NCBI GenBank assembly: GCA_048938295.1
Contig: JBHLMI010000021.1
Span: 1-32,000 of the forward strand
Length of the DNA stretch: 32,000 nucleotides
Reading direction: 5' to 3'
Source of the DNA: Promethearchaeota archaeon
Lineage (GTDB): Archaea > Asgardarchaeota > Hermodarchaeia > Hermodarchaeales > Hermodarchaeaceae
The translations under genes and the position numbers were made by a program. The notes beneath the pieces were generated by a model. That model was not told the DNA's origin and did no database searches. It was given only the letters and a program-made list of their open reading frames with translations. Shown here in pieces: positions 1-9,768 of this stretch (position 1 is the first letter of the stretch; each line of letters opens with the position of its first letter).

Positions 1-94
1 CGTTATGTACGTGAGCTAAAATACCACAGGACATCAGACAATGAGGAGGACAGAACGTACGTATTACTTGATGTTTAGTTTGGTGTTTTGACAC
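1..94 (-). CDS. N-terminus of a molybdopterin (Mo/W-bis-PGD) oxidoreductase with 4Fe-4S motif; partial, runs off left edge; not in ORF track
   Basis: Manual translation from GTG at 94 (alternative GTG at 97), preceded by AGGTG, gives MSKHQTKHQVIRTFCPPHCLMSCGILAHVHN(G). This resembles the C-x2/3-C-x3-C..V.NG N-terminal Fe-S motif of DMSO-reductase-family enzymes. Only 31 codons are visible. Confidence 0.65.
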   Translation of the reverse strand, partial: MSKHQTKHQVIRTFCPPHCLMSCGILAHVHN

Positions 95-247
95 CACAAT
101 ACACCTAATGAACATACATTCATGAGATATATTCATAAAAACTTTCAGACGCTTCTCTAAGCCTTTTTGACAAAAGAACAATCACCATACCAGAACATTC
201 ACTCCAGTGACTGTACAACTAAATTCTTCATACGGGGATTGACTGTT

Positions 248-505
248 ATAGGTCGGATTACTGTTCTTGGTGGCTTCGGAGCAGTTGGTCGAGTTGCGGT
301 CAGAACACCGAAAGAGTTACTGGATTTTGACGAAATCGTCATCGCTGACATCAATACTGATGCTGTAGAGTTGTTAGCTGAGGAGTTGAGTGAGGCGTGC
401 ACCCCGTTCGAAGTGGATGCGCTGCAGCTGAAGCCCATTCAGTCAGCAATTCAGGGCTCAGATGTGGTCCTCAACTGTGTGGGTTCTTTCTACAGGTTTA
501 GCCTG
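248..505 (+). pseudogene. Truncated, start-less duplicate of the 5' end of the saccharopine dehydrogenase-like gene at 1884
   Basis: Codon-by-codon collinear with 1884-~2140 (17 mismatches in the first 90 nt by manual count). ATG is replaced by ATA at 248. Homology is lost after ~505 and the frame runs through unrelated sequence to a stop at 634. Confidence 0.85.
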
Positions 506-645
506 TCTTCATTATCTGCCATTTTCACCGAATACGTCTTTGAACACAATTCAAATGACCAATACCACAAGGAAAAACGCCCTGCGCGTCTCTCAACAAG
601 TGCCTTGCTTTTTTTGCTTGCAGCGTTGTTTTAATCAAATATAAT

Positions 646-1662
646 TCAAAGGGCTATAAGCACGTAATAGAGAGTGATTTGGTAGATTCCCCAAAAACAG
701 ATGGCGAGAATAGCTGAGACAGGAACAGTAAGCAGAGAGGTTAAGATTAGTTTTCGTAAAACCCGTTTATTTGAGGAAATACGATGGACCAGAGTTGCTC
801 CTATTATTGATGTTATTAGAATGTGCGTTGCAGCAAGAGGGATCCCCATTATCGTACCTACGAGGAGCACTATTGCGCTTGCTGTGGCTGATGAAAAACT
901 GGCACTGGGCCGTAACTCGGTCAGCTCAATTCCAACCGTCCTGACTACCCGGCGTCCCAAAATCACTAATCCTATGGCCATACCCAACCCACCAAGGAAC
1001 AGTAATAATGAAAAATCGAGGGGCCCCGTGAAAAATATCGTCAGCAAACCTATCGCTTTCGCCACATCATTTCCTCCCCGACTCAAACAGATAACAATAA
1101 CCATCACCAGTAACAACACACCAAAAATTCGCTCTTTTCGTTCCACTTCAGCTAATCCGCGACTCTTCACCAGAACTGAATTCCGGACGACCCATTGGAG
1201 ACAATATGCGATGGCCAGACTTAGAATCGGACTCACAACCCAGCCAAAAACAATGATGGAGATGGTGTCCCACCGGACCAGGGGTGTGCCCAACCCCAGC
1301 TCGCCTAAAAGCCCAATCCCAATAATGCCTCCAACAATTGAATGGGTTGCAGAAATCGGATATCCAAGATACGCACTGAACAACATCCACACGATGATGG
1401 CTAACGAAATAACAAACACGAGGTCGACAGAGAGTGGTTGGGTGACCATACCTGTCCCAATCGTTGTACTCACGCCCTGACCCAAGGCCACCGCGCCAAT
1501 GATCATTAAGATGCCGCCTAATATTACCGCGTTTCTCGAGGAAAGTACTTTAGCGCCTACCAGACTGCCCATTGTACTATCATTGGCTCCAGTTGCGAAG
1601 GCCGCAATAAACGCCAGAACGAGCAATAAAATGATGGGAATGGTAAGCACAACGAATAGCAA
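646..1662 (-). CDS. pit: PiT-family inorganic phosphate transporter
   Basis: Two PiT signature-like segments (ATGANDST.., GGNDVAKAIG), plus PISATHSIVG and PLAATHILITS; highly hydrophobic; TTG start uncertain. Confidence 0.9.
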   Translation of the reverse strand: MLFVVLTIPIILLLVLAFIAAFATGANDSTMGSLVGAKVLSSRNAVILGGILMIIGAVALGQGVSTTIGTGMVTQPLSVDLVFVISLAIIVWMLFSAYLGYPISATHSIVGGIIGIGLLGELGLGTPLVRWDTISIIVFGWVVSPILSLAIAYCLQWVVRNSVLVKSRGLAEVERKERIFGVLLLVMVIVICLSRGGNDVAKAIGLLTIFFTGPLDFSLLLFLGGLGMAIGLVILGRRVVRTVGIELTELRPSASFSSATASAIVLLVGTIMGIPLAATHILITSIIGATLVHRISSNKRVLRKLILTSLLTVPVSAILAICFWGIYQITLYYVLIAL

Positions 1663-1719
1663 GAGGACAGGACCTCCGATAGAGTAGTGGCATTAATGAG
1701 TGCCAACGTGGAATCGTAA

Positions 1720-1754
1720 TTATATAAACTAAATAGTATATCAAATTTATATAA
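1720..1754. promoter_or_regulatory. Two TATA-like boxes in the divergent intergenic region between pit and the dehydrogenase operon
   Basis: TTATATAA at 1720-1727 and TTTATATAA at 1746-1754 in an AT-rich gap between divergent genes. Confidence 0.55.
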
Positions 1755-1883
1755 TCATTCCGGATGGTTTCCAAAGATCCAAAAAATACCAGGTAATGTC
1801 ACAAGGGATCCGTTTGTATCATAATAGACACAGCCTTCTCAGTGCCGAATACAACTAAATACCACATGCGGTGATTGGCTGCT

Positions 1884-3095
1884 ATGAGTCGAATTACTGT
1901 CCTTGGTGGCTGTGGCGTAGTTGGTCGCGTTGCAGCCAGAACGCTGAAGGACTTACCGGATTTTGACGAAATCATTATTGCCGATATCAACACTGAGGCA
2001 GCGGAATTATTAGCTGATGAATTAGGTGAGGCATGCACCCCGTTTGAAGTGGATGTGCTGCAGCCAAAGTCTATTCAATCCGCGATTCAGGGTTCAGATG
2101 TGGTCCTCAATTGTGTGGGCCCCTTTTACAAGTTTGGTCCGCCCATTCTGCAAGCCGTCATCAAGGCGGGGATTCCCTACGTGGATGTGTGTGATGATGT
2201 GGAGCCGACGCAAGCTTTGTTAGCCATGGACAAGCAGGCGAAAAAAGCGGGGATGTCAGCGTTAATTGGCATGGGTAGTTCACCCGGCGTGTCGAATTTA
2301 CTCGTGAAGTTTGCGACGGAGCAGCTGCTGGAACGGGTGGACGCCATTGACATTTTCCATGCGCATGGGGGTGAGCCGATTGAAGGGGCAGCGGTGATTG
2401 CACATCGGATTCATGCCATGACGTCGGAGATTCCGATGTTCTTAGACGGCAAACATCAGAAAGTTCGCTTTTTTGGCAAGGACGGAGTCGCCTTACGCGA
2501 AGAGGTTGTGTTCCACCAAATTGGCACCCATTTATGCTATCCGTATCCCCACCCTGAGACCATTACGCTACCGAACTATATCCAATGTAAACGGGTCACC
2601 AACAAGGGCACGGTGCTCCCGGATCGCTACTTCCAGTTCATCATGAATATTGTGGAATCCGGGTTAACAGGTGAAGACCCGGTTATGGTAAAAGGATTGA
2701 TGGTGGTGCCACGGGACTTTGCTATTGCCTACATCATCGAAGAACGGAAACGCATTCTCAAAGAGACCAAGTTTGGGGAGCAGCGTGGCTGCGTGAAAAT
2801 CGTCGTTTCGGGGTTCAAAGGAGGGAAACCGCACCAATACATCTTTTCGCTCTGGTCGGTTAGGGAAGGTATGGGTGAAGGCACCGGTATCCCTGCCGCG
2901 TTGGGGGCGACCCTGATGCAACGAGGCAAAATTCCTAGAAGGGGTGTGTTTCCACCGGAAGCTGCCGTTAATCCCATGGAATTCCTGGGCGTCATGCAAG
3001 AGCTGCTGAACCTCGACCAGATGACCGGCGCGGGTAGCCCGCTGTTGATTCAGTCGGTTGATGCCGATGGAAATATCAAAGAACTTTTCCTCTAG
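1884..3095 (+). CDS. Saccharopine dehydrogenase / lysine 6-dehydrogenase-like NAD(P)-binding oxidoreductase
   Basis: Rossmann VLGGCGVVG..IADIN, VLNCVGPFYKFG, YVDVCDD, GMGSSPGVSN, HPETITLP and TGIPAA motifs; ATG at 1884 preferred over 1875. Confidence 0.85.
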   Translation: MSRITVLGGCGVVGRVAARTLKDLPDFDEIIIADINTEAAELLADELGEACTPFEVDVLQPKSIQSAIQGSDVVLNCVGPFYKFGPPILQAVIKAGIPYVDVCDDVEPTQALLAMDKQAKKAGMSALIGMGSSPGVSNLLVKFATEQLLERVDAIDIFHAHGGEPIEGAAVIAHRIHAMTSEIPMFLDGKHQKVRFFGKDGVALREEVVFHQIGTHLCYPYPHPETITLPNYIQCKRVTNKGTVLPDRYFQFIMNIVESGLTGEDPVMVKGLMVVPRDFAIAYIIEERKRILKETKFGEQRGCVKIVVSGFKGGKPHQYIFSLWSVREGMGEGTGIPAALGATLMQRGKIPRRGVFPPEAAVNPMEFLGVMQELLNLDQMTGAGSPLLIQSVDADGNIKELFL

Positions 3096-3176
3096 CCCTT
3101 CGGGGACTGGAGCCAAAGTCTATTTCAGAGAATAGCGTCCAATAGTAGTAGCTCCTGTATGTATGGAGGTCATATC

Positions 3177-4772
3177 ATGACTTCGGTATCCGAGAAGGAT
3201 CGGTACATCTTAGCCATTGATCATGGGACTTCGGCGATGAAGCCAGCAATTGTGTCGACACGGGGTGAAGTGCTGGGTTGGACGTGTGAGAATACCCCGT
3301 TGTATCTGCTTTCAGGTGGTGGTGCAGAGCAGAACCCTGACGAATGGTGGCAGGCGTTCATCTCCGCCACCAAGGCGCTCTTAGCCCAGGACCTGGTTCC
3401 TGTAGATGCAATTGACGCTGTCTGTAATACGAGTCAATGGTCGGGCACGGTAGCGGTTGATGCAAATGGGCAGCCTCTGATGAATGCCATCATTTGGATG
3501 GACGCCCGTGGCGCCCCCTACATCGCGGACACCTTCAAAGGCCTCATTAACATCCAAGGCTACTCGCTGGGTGCACTGCTCCGATGGCTTCGCAAAACGG
3601 GAGGGATCCCCACGAAGAGTGGCAAAGATCCCATCGCCCACATCCTCTACCTGTTACATGAACATCCAGACGTTTATGAGCAGACCCGGTGGTTCCTAGA
3701 ACCCACCGATTACATCAACTTCCGCCTCTCAGGGCAAATCGCTTCTTCACCGGCTTCGATGCTGTTACATTGGATTGTCAATTCCCGCAATGTGAATAAT
3801 CTCCATTACGATGAGGGGCTCATCAAGCGCTTGGGGATTCATCGAGAGAAATTACCGGAACTGCGGGCCTCCACCGATGTATTGGGTTCGCTTCAAAAAG
3901 AGGTAGCAAACACGCTGGGTCTCCGTGAGGATGTGAAAGTCTTTGTCAGCGCATCGGATATTCCGTCAGCGGTAATCGGGTCGGGCGCGGTTCGGGATTT
4001 TGAAGGCCATGTCTACATTGGGACCAGTAGTTGGCTCACGTGTCATGTGCCCTTCAAGAAAACTGACATTGGGTCCAACATGGCCTCGCTGCCCTCGGCG
4101 ATCCCTGGACGCTACTTCATTGCGAACGAGCAAGAAAGTGCGGGTGCGTGCCTCACTTTCCTGCGTGACCAAGTGTTCTACCCCGATGATACGGCAAAAT
4201 GTGGAAACCAAGAAGTCTACAAAGAATTTGATCGGATAGTTGAACAGGTGCCGGCTGGGAGTAACAACATCATTTTCACTCCCTGGTTGTACGGTGAACG
4301 AACGCCGGTCGAAGATCATACTGTTCGTGGTGCGTTTTTCAACCTCTCCTTGGACAGTGACAAAAGACAGCTGATTCGTGCCGTCTTTGAAGGCGTTGCG
4401 TATAATAGTCGCTGGGTGCTGGAGGCGGTGGAGAAATTCATCAAGCGACCTTTCGAGACCCTCAACATGATTGGGGGTGGTGCACAATCTGACATCTGGT
4501 GTCAAATTTACGCGGACGTATTCAACCGGACGATTCAGCAAGTCCATGATCCCATTCACGCGAATGCTCGGGGTGCTGCCTTTATCGCGAGTGTCGGGCT
4601 GGGCCATATCACTTTCAACGATATTCCCAACCTCATTCGAATCGCGCATGTCTTTCAACCGAATCCTAAACATCGGGCCCTCTATGATGCGCTTTTCAAG
4701 GAATATGTAGGCATCTACGAAACTAACAAAAAATTCTACCAGCGACTGAACCAGGGCATCAATTCGACATAG
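3177..4772 (+). CDS. FGGY-family carbohydrate kinase (xylulokinase-like)
   Basis: LAIDHGTSAMK, IIWMDARG, EPTDY, YIGTSSW, PWLYGERTP, RAVFEGVAY and IGGGAQSDIWCQIYADV motifs; GGAGGT 6 nt before ATG 3177. Confidence 0.92.
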   Translation: MTSVSEKDRYILAIDHGTSAMKPAIVSTRGEVLGWTCENTPLYLLSGGGAEQNPDEWWQAFISATKALLAQDLVPVDAIDAVCNTSQWSGTVAVDANGQPLMNAIIWMDARGAPYIADTFKGLINIQGYSLGALLRWLRKTGGIPTKSGKDPIAHILYLLHEHPDVYEQTRWFLEPTDYINFRLSGQIASSPASMLLHWIVNSRNVNNLHYDEGLIKRLGIHREKLPELRASTDVLGSLQKEVANTLGLREDVKVFVSASDIPSAVIGSGAVRDFEGHVYIGTSSWLTCHVPFKKTDIGSNMASLPSAIPGRYFIANEQESAGACLTFLRDQVFYPDDTAKCGNQEVYKEFDRIVEQVPAGSNNIIFTPWLYGERTPVEDHTVRGAFFNLSLDSDKRQLIRAVFEGVAYNSRWVLEAVEKFIKRPFETLNMIGGGAQSDIWCQIYADVFNRTIQQVHDPIHANARGAAFIASVGLGHITFNDIPNLIRIAHVFQPNPKHRALYDALFKEYVGIYETNKKFYQRLNQGINST

Positions 4773-4994
4773 CAGTTTAGCGGATGCTAATCGTATAGTC
4801 TAATCCAGTCCATCTTATACTCCACCAGGCGGATCCTATTATTGAAAGTGGAGGTGGCGTTCATTTTCCCGGTCGAAATGATTTAAGTACGCAGCCCGTC
4901 TTCCACAAGAAAGGTCACCGGATAGGTGGAAGGTTTGAAGAATTTGTAGATTTCAAGCATTTTCCTTTAATACTGGGGAGTCTAGATTCATCTT

Positions 4995-5492
4995 TTGGCG
5001 AATACTTTGGGATCTGAAGCTTTTCGGAATGTGAAGAATCAGGTTGGATATTGTGGTATTTGGTGTGGTAGCTGTCCAGGAGGGAATGGTGTCTCGATCG
5101 AATTGACCAAGAAATACGATGAATTCGTGAAGAAGAACCAGCTGGAAAAATGGGCTCCCCGCACCTTTAGTTTCAGTGAATTCGAAAAGGGGCTTGCGGC
5201 GATCCAAGCTATGTCTTCATGTGTTGGCTGCCTAAAGGGTGGTGGTAATCCAGCCTGCAAGGTCAGACTCTGTGCATCAGAGAAGCAGGTTGTGAACTGT
5301 AGTCAATGTGAAGAGCTTTCTGTGTGTAAGAATTTTGAGGCACTTGAACAGACCCATCCGAACATCAAGGAGGTTTTGAGAAAGATGAAGAATGACAAGG
5401 TTCAGGCGCTGATAAAGAAGTGGATAAAAGAACTAAGCCAAAAGTGGCCCTACTGCATATTGTTATGCCCGTCTGTGCAATCTCAAACCTGA
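4995..5492 (+). CDS. DUF3795-like cysteine-rich small protein
   Basis: CGIWCGSCP, CVGC..C.VRLC and CSQCEE..C spacing; TTG start. Confidence 0.7.
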   Translation: MANTLGSEAFRNVKNQVGYCGIWCGSCPGGNGVSIELTKKYDEFVKKNQLEKWAPRTFSFSEFEKGLAAIQAMSSCVGCLKGGGNPACKVRLCASEKQVVNCSQCEELSVCKNFEALEQTHPNIKEVLRKMKNDKVQALIKKWIKELSQKWPYCILLCPSVQSQT

Positions 5493-5544
5493 ATCAAACC
5501 TCTGTTGATGTTGCCGTCCTGTAACTAAGAATGATGAGGGCTTC

Positions 5545-6057
5545 TTATTGTGTGGTGCTATTGAAGCCGTTTGTAGATGTGAAGTGTCCGTCATCGCGAG
5601 AAGTGGTAAGTTTGTGGATGTGGTCGGCTAACCACCCAATCTGTGGAGCAGATCGGGCATCGAAGGCGGGTACATAGGGTTTGATGTCGAGGAGAGGGGT
5701 GCCATCTACGATGTCGACATCCTGGATATACAATCGACCATTTTCTATCCGTTGAAGCCGGACGATGGAGAGACCGATAGGGTTGGGGCGACTGGGTCCG
5801 CGGATGGCGAATACACCGCGTTTCTGGGTATCCATGTAGGGTTTCCGCAGCAGGGGACCGGGGTGAGCGAGATGAAAATGATAGACGAGAATGAGGTGAG
5901 AGAAGCCATCGACATCCTGGAGCCCTTGCTGGTACTTGGGATAGACTTCGACGATGCCTTCGATGCCTTCCGCAGCAGAGGCTTGGATTGGAGTGCCTTT
6001 CGGTTCGGAGAAGGGAGAGTGAATGATACCTATGGGTTGGTAGCAGATTGGTTGCAT
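5545..6057 (-). CDS. trmO: tRNA m6t6A37 methyltransferase TrmO (TsaA)-like
   Basis: PIGIIHSPF, GFSHLILVYHFH, GVFAIRGPSRPNPIGLS and DGTPLLDIKPY. Confidence 0.9.
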   Translation of the reverse strand: MQPICYQPIGIIHSPFSEPKGTPIQASAAEGIEGIVEVYPKYQQGLQDVDGFSHLILVYHFHLAHPGPLLRKPYMDTQKRGVFAIRGPSRPNPIGLSIVRLQRIENGRLYIQDVDIVDGTPLLDIKPYVPAFDARSAPQIGWLADHIHKLTTSRDDGHFTSTNGFNSTTQ

Positions 6058-6153
6058 TTAACCACCTTCAGGTTCATCTGATGTTCTGTTCTAGGTCATT
6101 GGACGGGTGAACCTTTTTATCCGATTCCATCCGATGAATGGCGGAGGTTTGAT

Positions 6154-6654
6154 GTGATGCCATCAGTTGTTGATGTGTTGCTTAGTGTGTTTGAGCATGA
6201 AGCTGACCAAGCACGGTGTGTCCTTGCCGCGATTCAGGACATGGACATGAAGTATACACCCAAGGAGGGCATGCGCCCCTTAAGCGAGCTGGCGAACCAC
6301 CTAGCCCAAATTCCTTTGTTGGATCCGAGCATGTATGCCCATGAAATCAAAGATGTGGAGCAGGCTCGGGTACGGGAAAAAGAATTAAACCGCACCAAAC
6401 TCGCGGATATACTAGCCCTCTTTGATAAGGGGATTAAATCGGTGAAAACCCGATTTGCTGACATGTCAGAGAAGGAGTTCTTTGCCAAGACCCTCAAGCC
6501 GTTTTATGAACAGGGTCCGGAGAAGAACTGGGCATACTTTATGCCAGAATTCATCACGCACATGGCGATGCATAAGATGCAGTTGTGGATGTATTTGAAA
6601 CTGGCGGGTGCCAAGGTGGACATGATGACCTACTATGGTCATCCCCCCGGATAA
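6154..6654 (+). CDS. DinB/YfiT-like four-helix-bundle protein
   Basis: P.EGMRPLSELANHLA and HMAMHKMQLWMYLKLAG match the DinB-family His pattern. Confidence 0.7.
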   Translation: MMPSVVDVLLSVFEHEADQARCVLAAIQDMDMKYTPKEGMRPLSELANHLAQIPLLDPSMYAHEIKDVEQARVREKELNRTKLADILALFDKGIKSVKTRFADMSEKEFFAKTLKPFYEQGPEKNWAYFMPEFITHMAMHKMQLWMYLKLAGAKVDMMTYYGHPPG

Positions 6655-6661
6655 AGTAAAG

Positions 6662-8095
6662 TCAGGGTCGAAACATCAGGAACATGTCTTTGAGCGCTTG
6701 GACGACGCCACGGCGCATCATGTAACGGTAACAGGTGCGTTTGACTTTGTTGGAGGAGAAGAGTCCCGTGAGGCGGCGTTTCCATGATCCGAAGAAGTTG
6801 CGGTAGCAGTGGTACAGTTCGCCTTGAACTTCACGAGCAGAGAGATAATCGGTGGGCATGATGGCATGGACCATATCGTAGTGGGCCCAGTTCTCATCCT
6901 CTATCCAGCCCTCTCGTTGGGCAAGAGCGTATAATTCTGTACCCGGAAAAGGCGTTAGAATCATGAAGATGGCAATGTCGGGGTCAACATCGTCAATCCA
7001 GCGACGAAACGCCTGAATCGACTCGTGAGTATCACTGCGTTCACCGATGATCGCTGTTGTTTGTGCCATGATATCATTAGCTTTCAAGGTAGCCATTGCC
7101 TGTTTGGCCATAGTTGGATCAATACCCTTGCGATACTTTTCTAGCGTCGTCGGGTTGTAGGTTTCCACACCCGCCATCGCCCAGTGAAGCCCGGTTTTAC
7201 GCATTTTAGGGAGGAGATGTTGATTGTTGATAATGTCATCAGCTCGAATTTGCATAAACCAAAGTAAATCATCCATGTCCCGTTGTAGAAGTTCCTCACA
7301 GAATTGATCCATCCAGGGACCAAGACCTAGGTTATCGTCGGTCAGCCAGAGGAAGCGACTGCCAAATTCCCGGTAGACGTGTTCGAATTCATCCGCGACG
7401 CGTTGAGGAGATTTGCGTCGACAGCGCCCCCAGTAGCGCCATTGTGTACAGAATGTGCATTGGTGGTCGCACCCCCGTGAGGCTTCGATCAATGCATAGG
7501 GGTTCTTTCTACCGGCCATCATGAGAAAGTGGTATTTTTTCATATGATCGCGTACGAAATGATAGCCCGGATACGGTAGACTGTTCAAATCCTTGATATA
7601 TACACGATCAGGAGTGGAGACGATTTTCCCTTCGTGGCGATAGGTCAATCCATTCACCTTCGCAAGTGAATGGTGATTATCTAATGCCTGTGCTAGTTCT
7701 AACAGTGTTTGTTCACCTTCACCTCGCACGACATAATCGATCTCAGGATAGGTGGCAAGCGATTCTTCAGAGAGAGTAGAGAAATGAATGCCGCCGACCA
7801 CTGTTGTGATATCTGGATTGACCTTCTTGGCTAGCTGGACTGTTCGTGCGACAAGGAAGGTATTTGCGGTTGAAAGAGCACCTGGACATACCATATCGGG
7901 TCGAAAGTCGTTGATTCGGTTCTCTAAGCCATCCCAAAGAAGTTGTTCAGCTTGACAGTCCACGACATGGATTTCCGCATCTTTGAGATGTGCTTCCAAA
8001 TATGCAGCCAAACATAGGAGCCCAAAGGGGGGTGGACGATACTCACCCATGATGAACCAGTAATCCTTGGGAGGCTCGATAAAGAGAATTCGCAT
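6662..8095 (-). CDS. Cobalamin (B12)-binding radical SAM protein (BchE-like class B architecture)
   Basis: N-terminal PPFGLLCLAAYL..VDCQAE..GGIHFS B12 domain; EASRGCDHQCTFC CxxxCxxC motif; TDDNLG; LTPFPGTELY. ATG at 8095. Confidence 0.9.
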   Translation of the reverse strand: MRILFIEPPKDYWFIMGEYRPPPFGLLCLAAYLEAHLKDAEIHVVDCQAEQLLWDGLENRINDFRPDMVCPGALSTANTFLVARTVQLAKKVNPDITTVVGGIHFSTLSEESLATYPEIDYVVRGEGEQTLLELAQALDNHHSLAKVNGLTYRHEGKIVSTPDRVYIKDLNSLPYPGYHFVRDHMKKYHFLMMAGRKNPYALIEASRGCDHQCTFCTQWRYWGRCRRKSPQRVADEFEHVYREFGSRFLWLTDDNLGLGPWMDQFCEELLQRDMDDLLWFMQIRADDIINNQHLLPKMRKTGLHWAMAGVETYNPTTLEKYRKGIDPTMAKQAMATLKANDIMAQTTAIIGERSDTHESIQAFRRWIDDVDPDIAIFMILTPFPGTELYALAQREGWIEDENWAHYDMVHAIMPTDYLSAREVQGELYHCYRNFFGSWKRRLTGLFSSNKVKRTCYRYMMRRGVVQALKDMFLMFRP

Positions 8096-8228
8096 GGGAG
8101 TCACTTCAAAGTGAAAGGTTGCTCAGTTTTACTTTAAATATCATATAGCTCATCCAGTAACTTAAGAAACTGGAAGGCTTGTAAACCCATTTATATTGGC
8201 AGACTCCATATCGACGTGAGGGGTATCT

Positions 8229-8993
8229 ATGGAATCCAAATGGAAAACCCTGTTGTTCTATGTGCTTCTGATTCTGTGCTCATTCTTACCGCTTCTCACC
8301 ATGATTCCCTATGCGCCGTGGGATCGGGGATTGGTCATGTTCGAGCTCTTCATGACGACCAGTCTCAGTTATCCCCTTTGGCTTCGTGGCTTCCTTCATA
8401 TATTCACCCTCATCCTCGTCTTACTCCTCATACCCTATGGAAGGCGGATAGGACGCTTTGTTTCAGCATATTTTGGCATTCTCGTTTTTTTCTATGCCAT
8501 TACTCAGAATATTGCTGCGCTTCCCTCCTATGGTCTGACGATTTTATTAGGGAATCTCGTTCTCCTCGCCATCTTGGGATTCTTTTGGATATGGGAAGCA
8601 TATCAACCCTATAATGAATACACCTTCACGCGGTTGCCGTGGTGGCGTTACTGGCCTATCCCGTTCTTAGCGCTTGCATTCTGGTTTCCATATGGCGCAG
8701 GCCTTCTTCCCGATTTTAACCCCTTACTGTTGTTATTCTCCGATTTTGGGGTTACCTTCTGTGCCACAGCCCCGCTGATTATCGCCCTTCTCACCTGGAT
8801 TTTCCCGAAGGTTAATAGACGACTTTACATGCTCACTTGCTTCATAGGCGCCCTCATTGGAGTCTTCAATATATTAGCACCGCTCACGATGCCGGGCTAT
8901 TCACTCTGGATGCTTTTCCTCCACACTCCACTTATTTTCATCTCCTTCTATGGGCTCCTTCTTCCACGAATCCTCGCTTCGACTAAACTTTGA
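8229..8993 (+). CDS. Multi-pass membrane protein of unknown function
   Basis: 254-aa ORF with ~7-8 hydrophobic segments; ATG preceded by GAGGG. Confidence 0.7.
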   Translation: MESKWKTLLFYVLLILCSFLPLLTMIPYAPWDRGLVMFELFMTTSLSYPLWLRGFLHIFTLILVLLLIPYGRRIGRFVSAYFGILVFFYAITQNIAALPSYGLTILLGNLVLLAILGFFWIWEAYQPYNEYTFTRLPWWRYWPIPFLALAFWFPYGAGLLPDFNPLLLLFSDFGVTFCATAPLIIALLTWIFPKVNRRLYMLTCFIGALIGVFNILAPLTMPGYSLWMLFLHTPLIFISFYGLLLPRILASTKL

Positions 8994-9078
8994 AAGAATC
9001 AAATGATAACCGATCAATAGCCATGTTAGAATCCTCCATCAAAAAAGTGCCAGAAAACCAGCGAATTTCAAACAGTAC

Positions 9079-9762
9079 TTATTGTTGAGCCGAATACTGC
9101 ATGACAAAATATACGGATTGATAGTGACTTGGATATTTGTGATAGCCTTCGATTTCTTGTTCTGCTTGGTGAAGGGCGGTTTTTAATTCCGAATCTGTGG
9201 GGTTGCTTCGCCAAATTTGTTGGATCTGTTGTTGGAGCGGTTCAAAGTAGTTGAGCCACCATACCTTTTCTCGGAGTTCAAACCAGTCCATTAAATGATA
9301 TCCACAGGCAGTGACGGCGGTGATTTTCTTTTCGAGGTTCACCGCTACGTCATGGACCACGAGGTACTCATTCGTTTTGAGGAATTTTTTCCACGTTTTG
9401 AGACCCTTTGCGAAGCCGATAACATAGATTGAGCCCTCGGACCAGAGGATGTCAAAGCTCTCTACGGGAAAGTTCATTGTCTTCAAGGAGCCTTTGACTA
9501 TCGTAATGCGGTCTTCCAGTCCAGCTGCTTTCACCTTGTCGCGTAGCCGCTGAAGGGCTTCAGGGTCAATATCGAGGGCCGTGACCTCACCGCCACTAAT
9601 TCGTGCCAGTTCAATGGTGGGAACACCTGAGCCACAGCCGATATCTAAAATCCGTGGATTGGTGATAGGCGGGATTTGTTGAAAAGCCCGATTGAGGTAT
9701 TCCAGAAAAGGTTGGCGAAGCTCATCTTTGAGGTCCTCGAATCCGCGTTTGTCGGTGATCAT
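9079..9762 (-). CDS. Class I SAM-dependent methyltransferase
   Basis: ILDIGCGSG motif I, ALDID motif II and FDILWSEGS. Confidence 0.88.
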   Translation of the reverse strand: MITDKRGFEDLKDELRQPFLEYLNRAFQQIPPITNPRILDIGCGSGVPTIELARISGGEVTALDIDPEALQRLRDKVKAAGLEDRITIVKGSLKTMNFPVESFDILWSEGSIYVIGFAKGLKTWKKFLKTNEYLVVHDVAVNLEKKITAVTACGYHLMDWFELREKVWWLNYFEPLQQQIQQIWRSNPTDSELKTALHQAEQEIEGYHKYPSHYQSVYFVMQYSAQQ

Positions 9763-9768
9763 GGTTGG

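Noticed and set aside
701-1480. 259-aa + strand ORF
   Set aside because: Lies wholly antisense to the PiT gene, has no recognisable motif, and has the composition expected of the reverse complement of a hydrophobic gene (shadow ORF).
20-1866. 9-mer AATACCACA at 20-28, 561-569 and 1858-1866
   Set aside because: Three copies in 2 kb caught my eye, but one is inside a coding frame, spacing is irregular, and it is not conserved at the equivalent position of the duplicated upstream segment.
3966-4673. 235-aa - strand ORF and other 60-180 aa overlapping ORFs (e.g. 2664-3116, 5752-6081, 9676-10062, 14476-14946, 16113-16664)
   Set aside because: They fully overlap well-supported genes in other frames or strands and lack family motifs; treated as shadow ORFs.
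4846-4849. ATTGAAAG (a common CRISPR-repeat end) at about 4839-4846 in the 4772-4995 intergenic gap
   Set aside because: Single occurrence with no repeat-spacer periodicity and no cas genes; not a CRISPR array.
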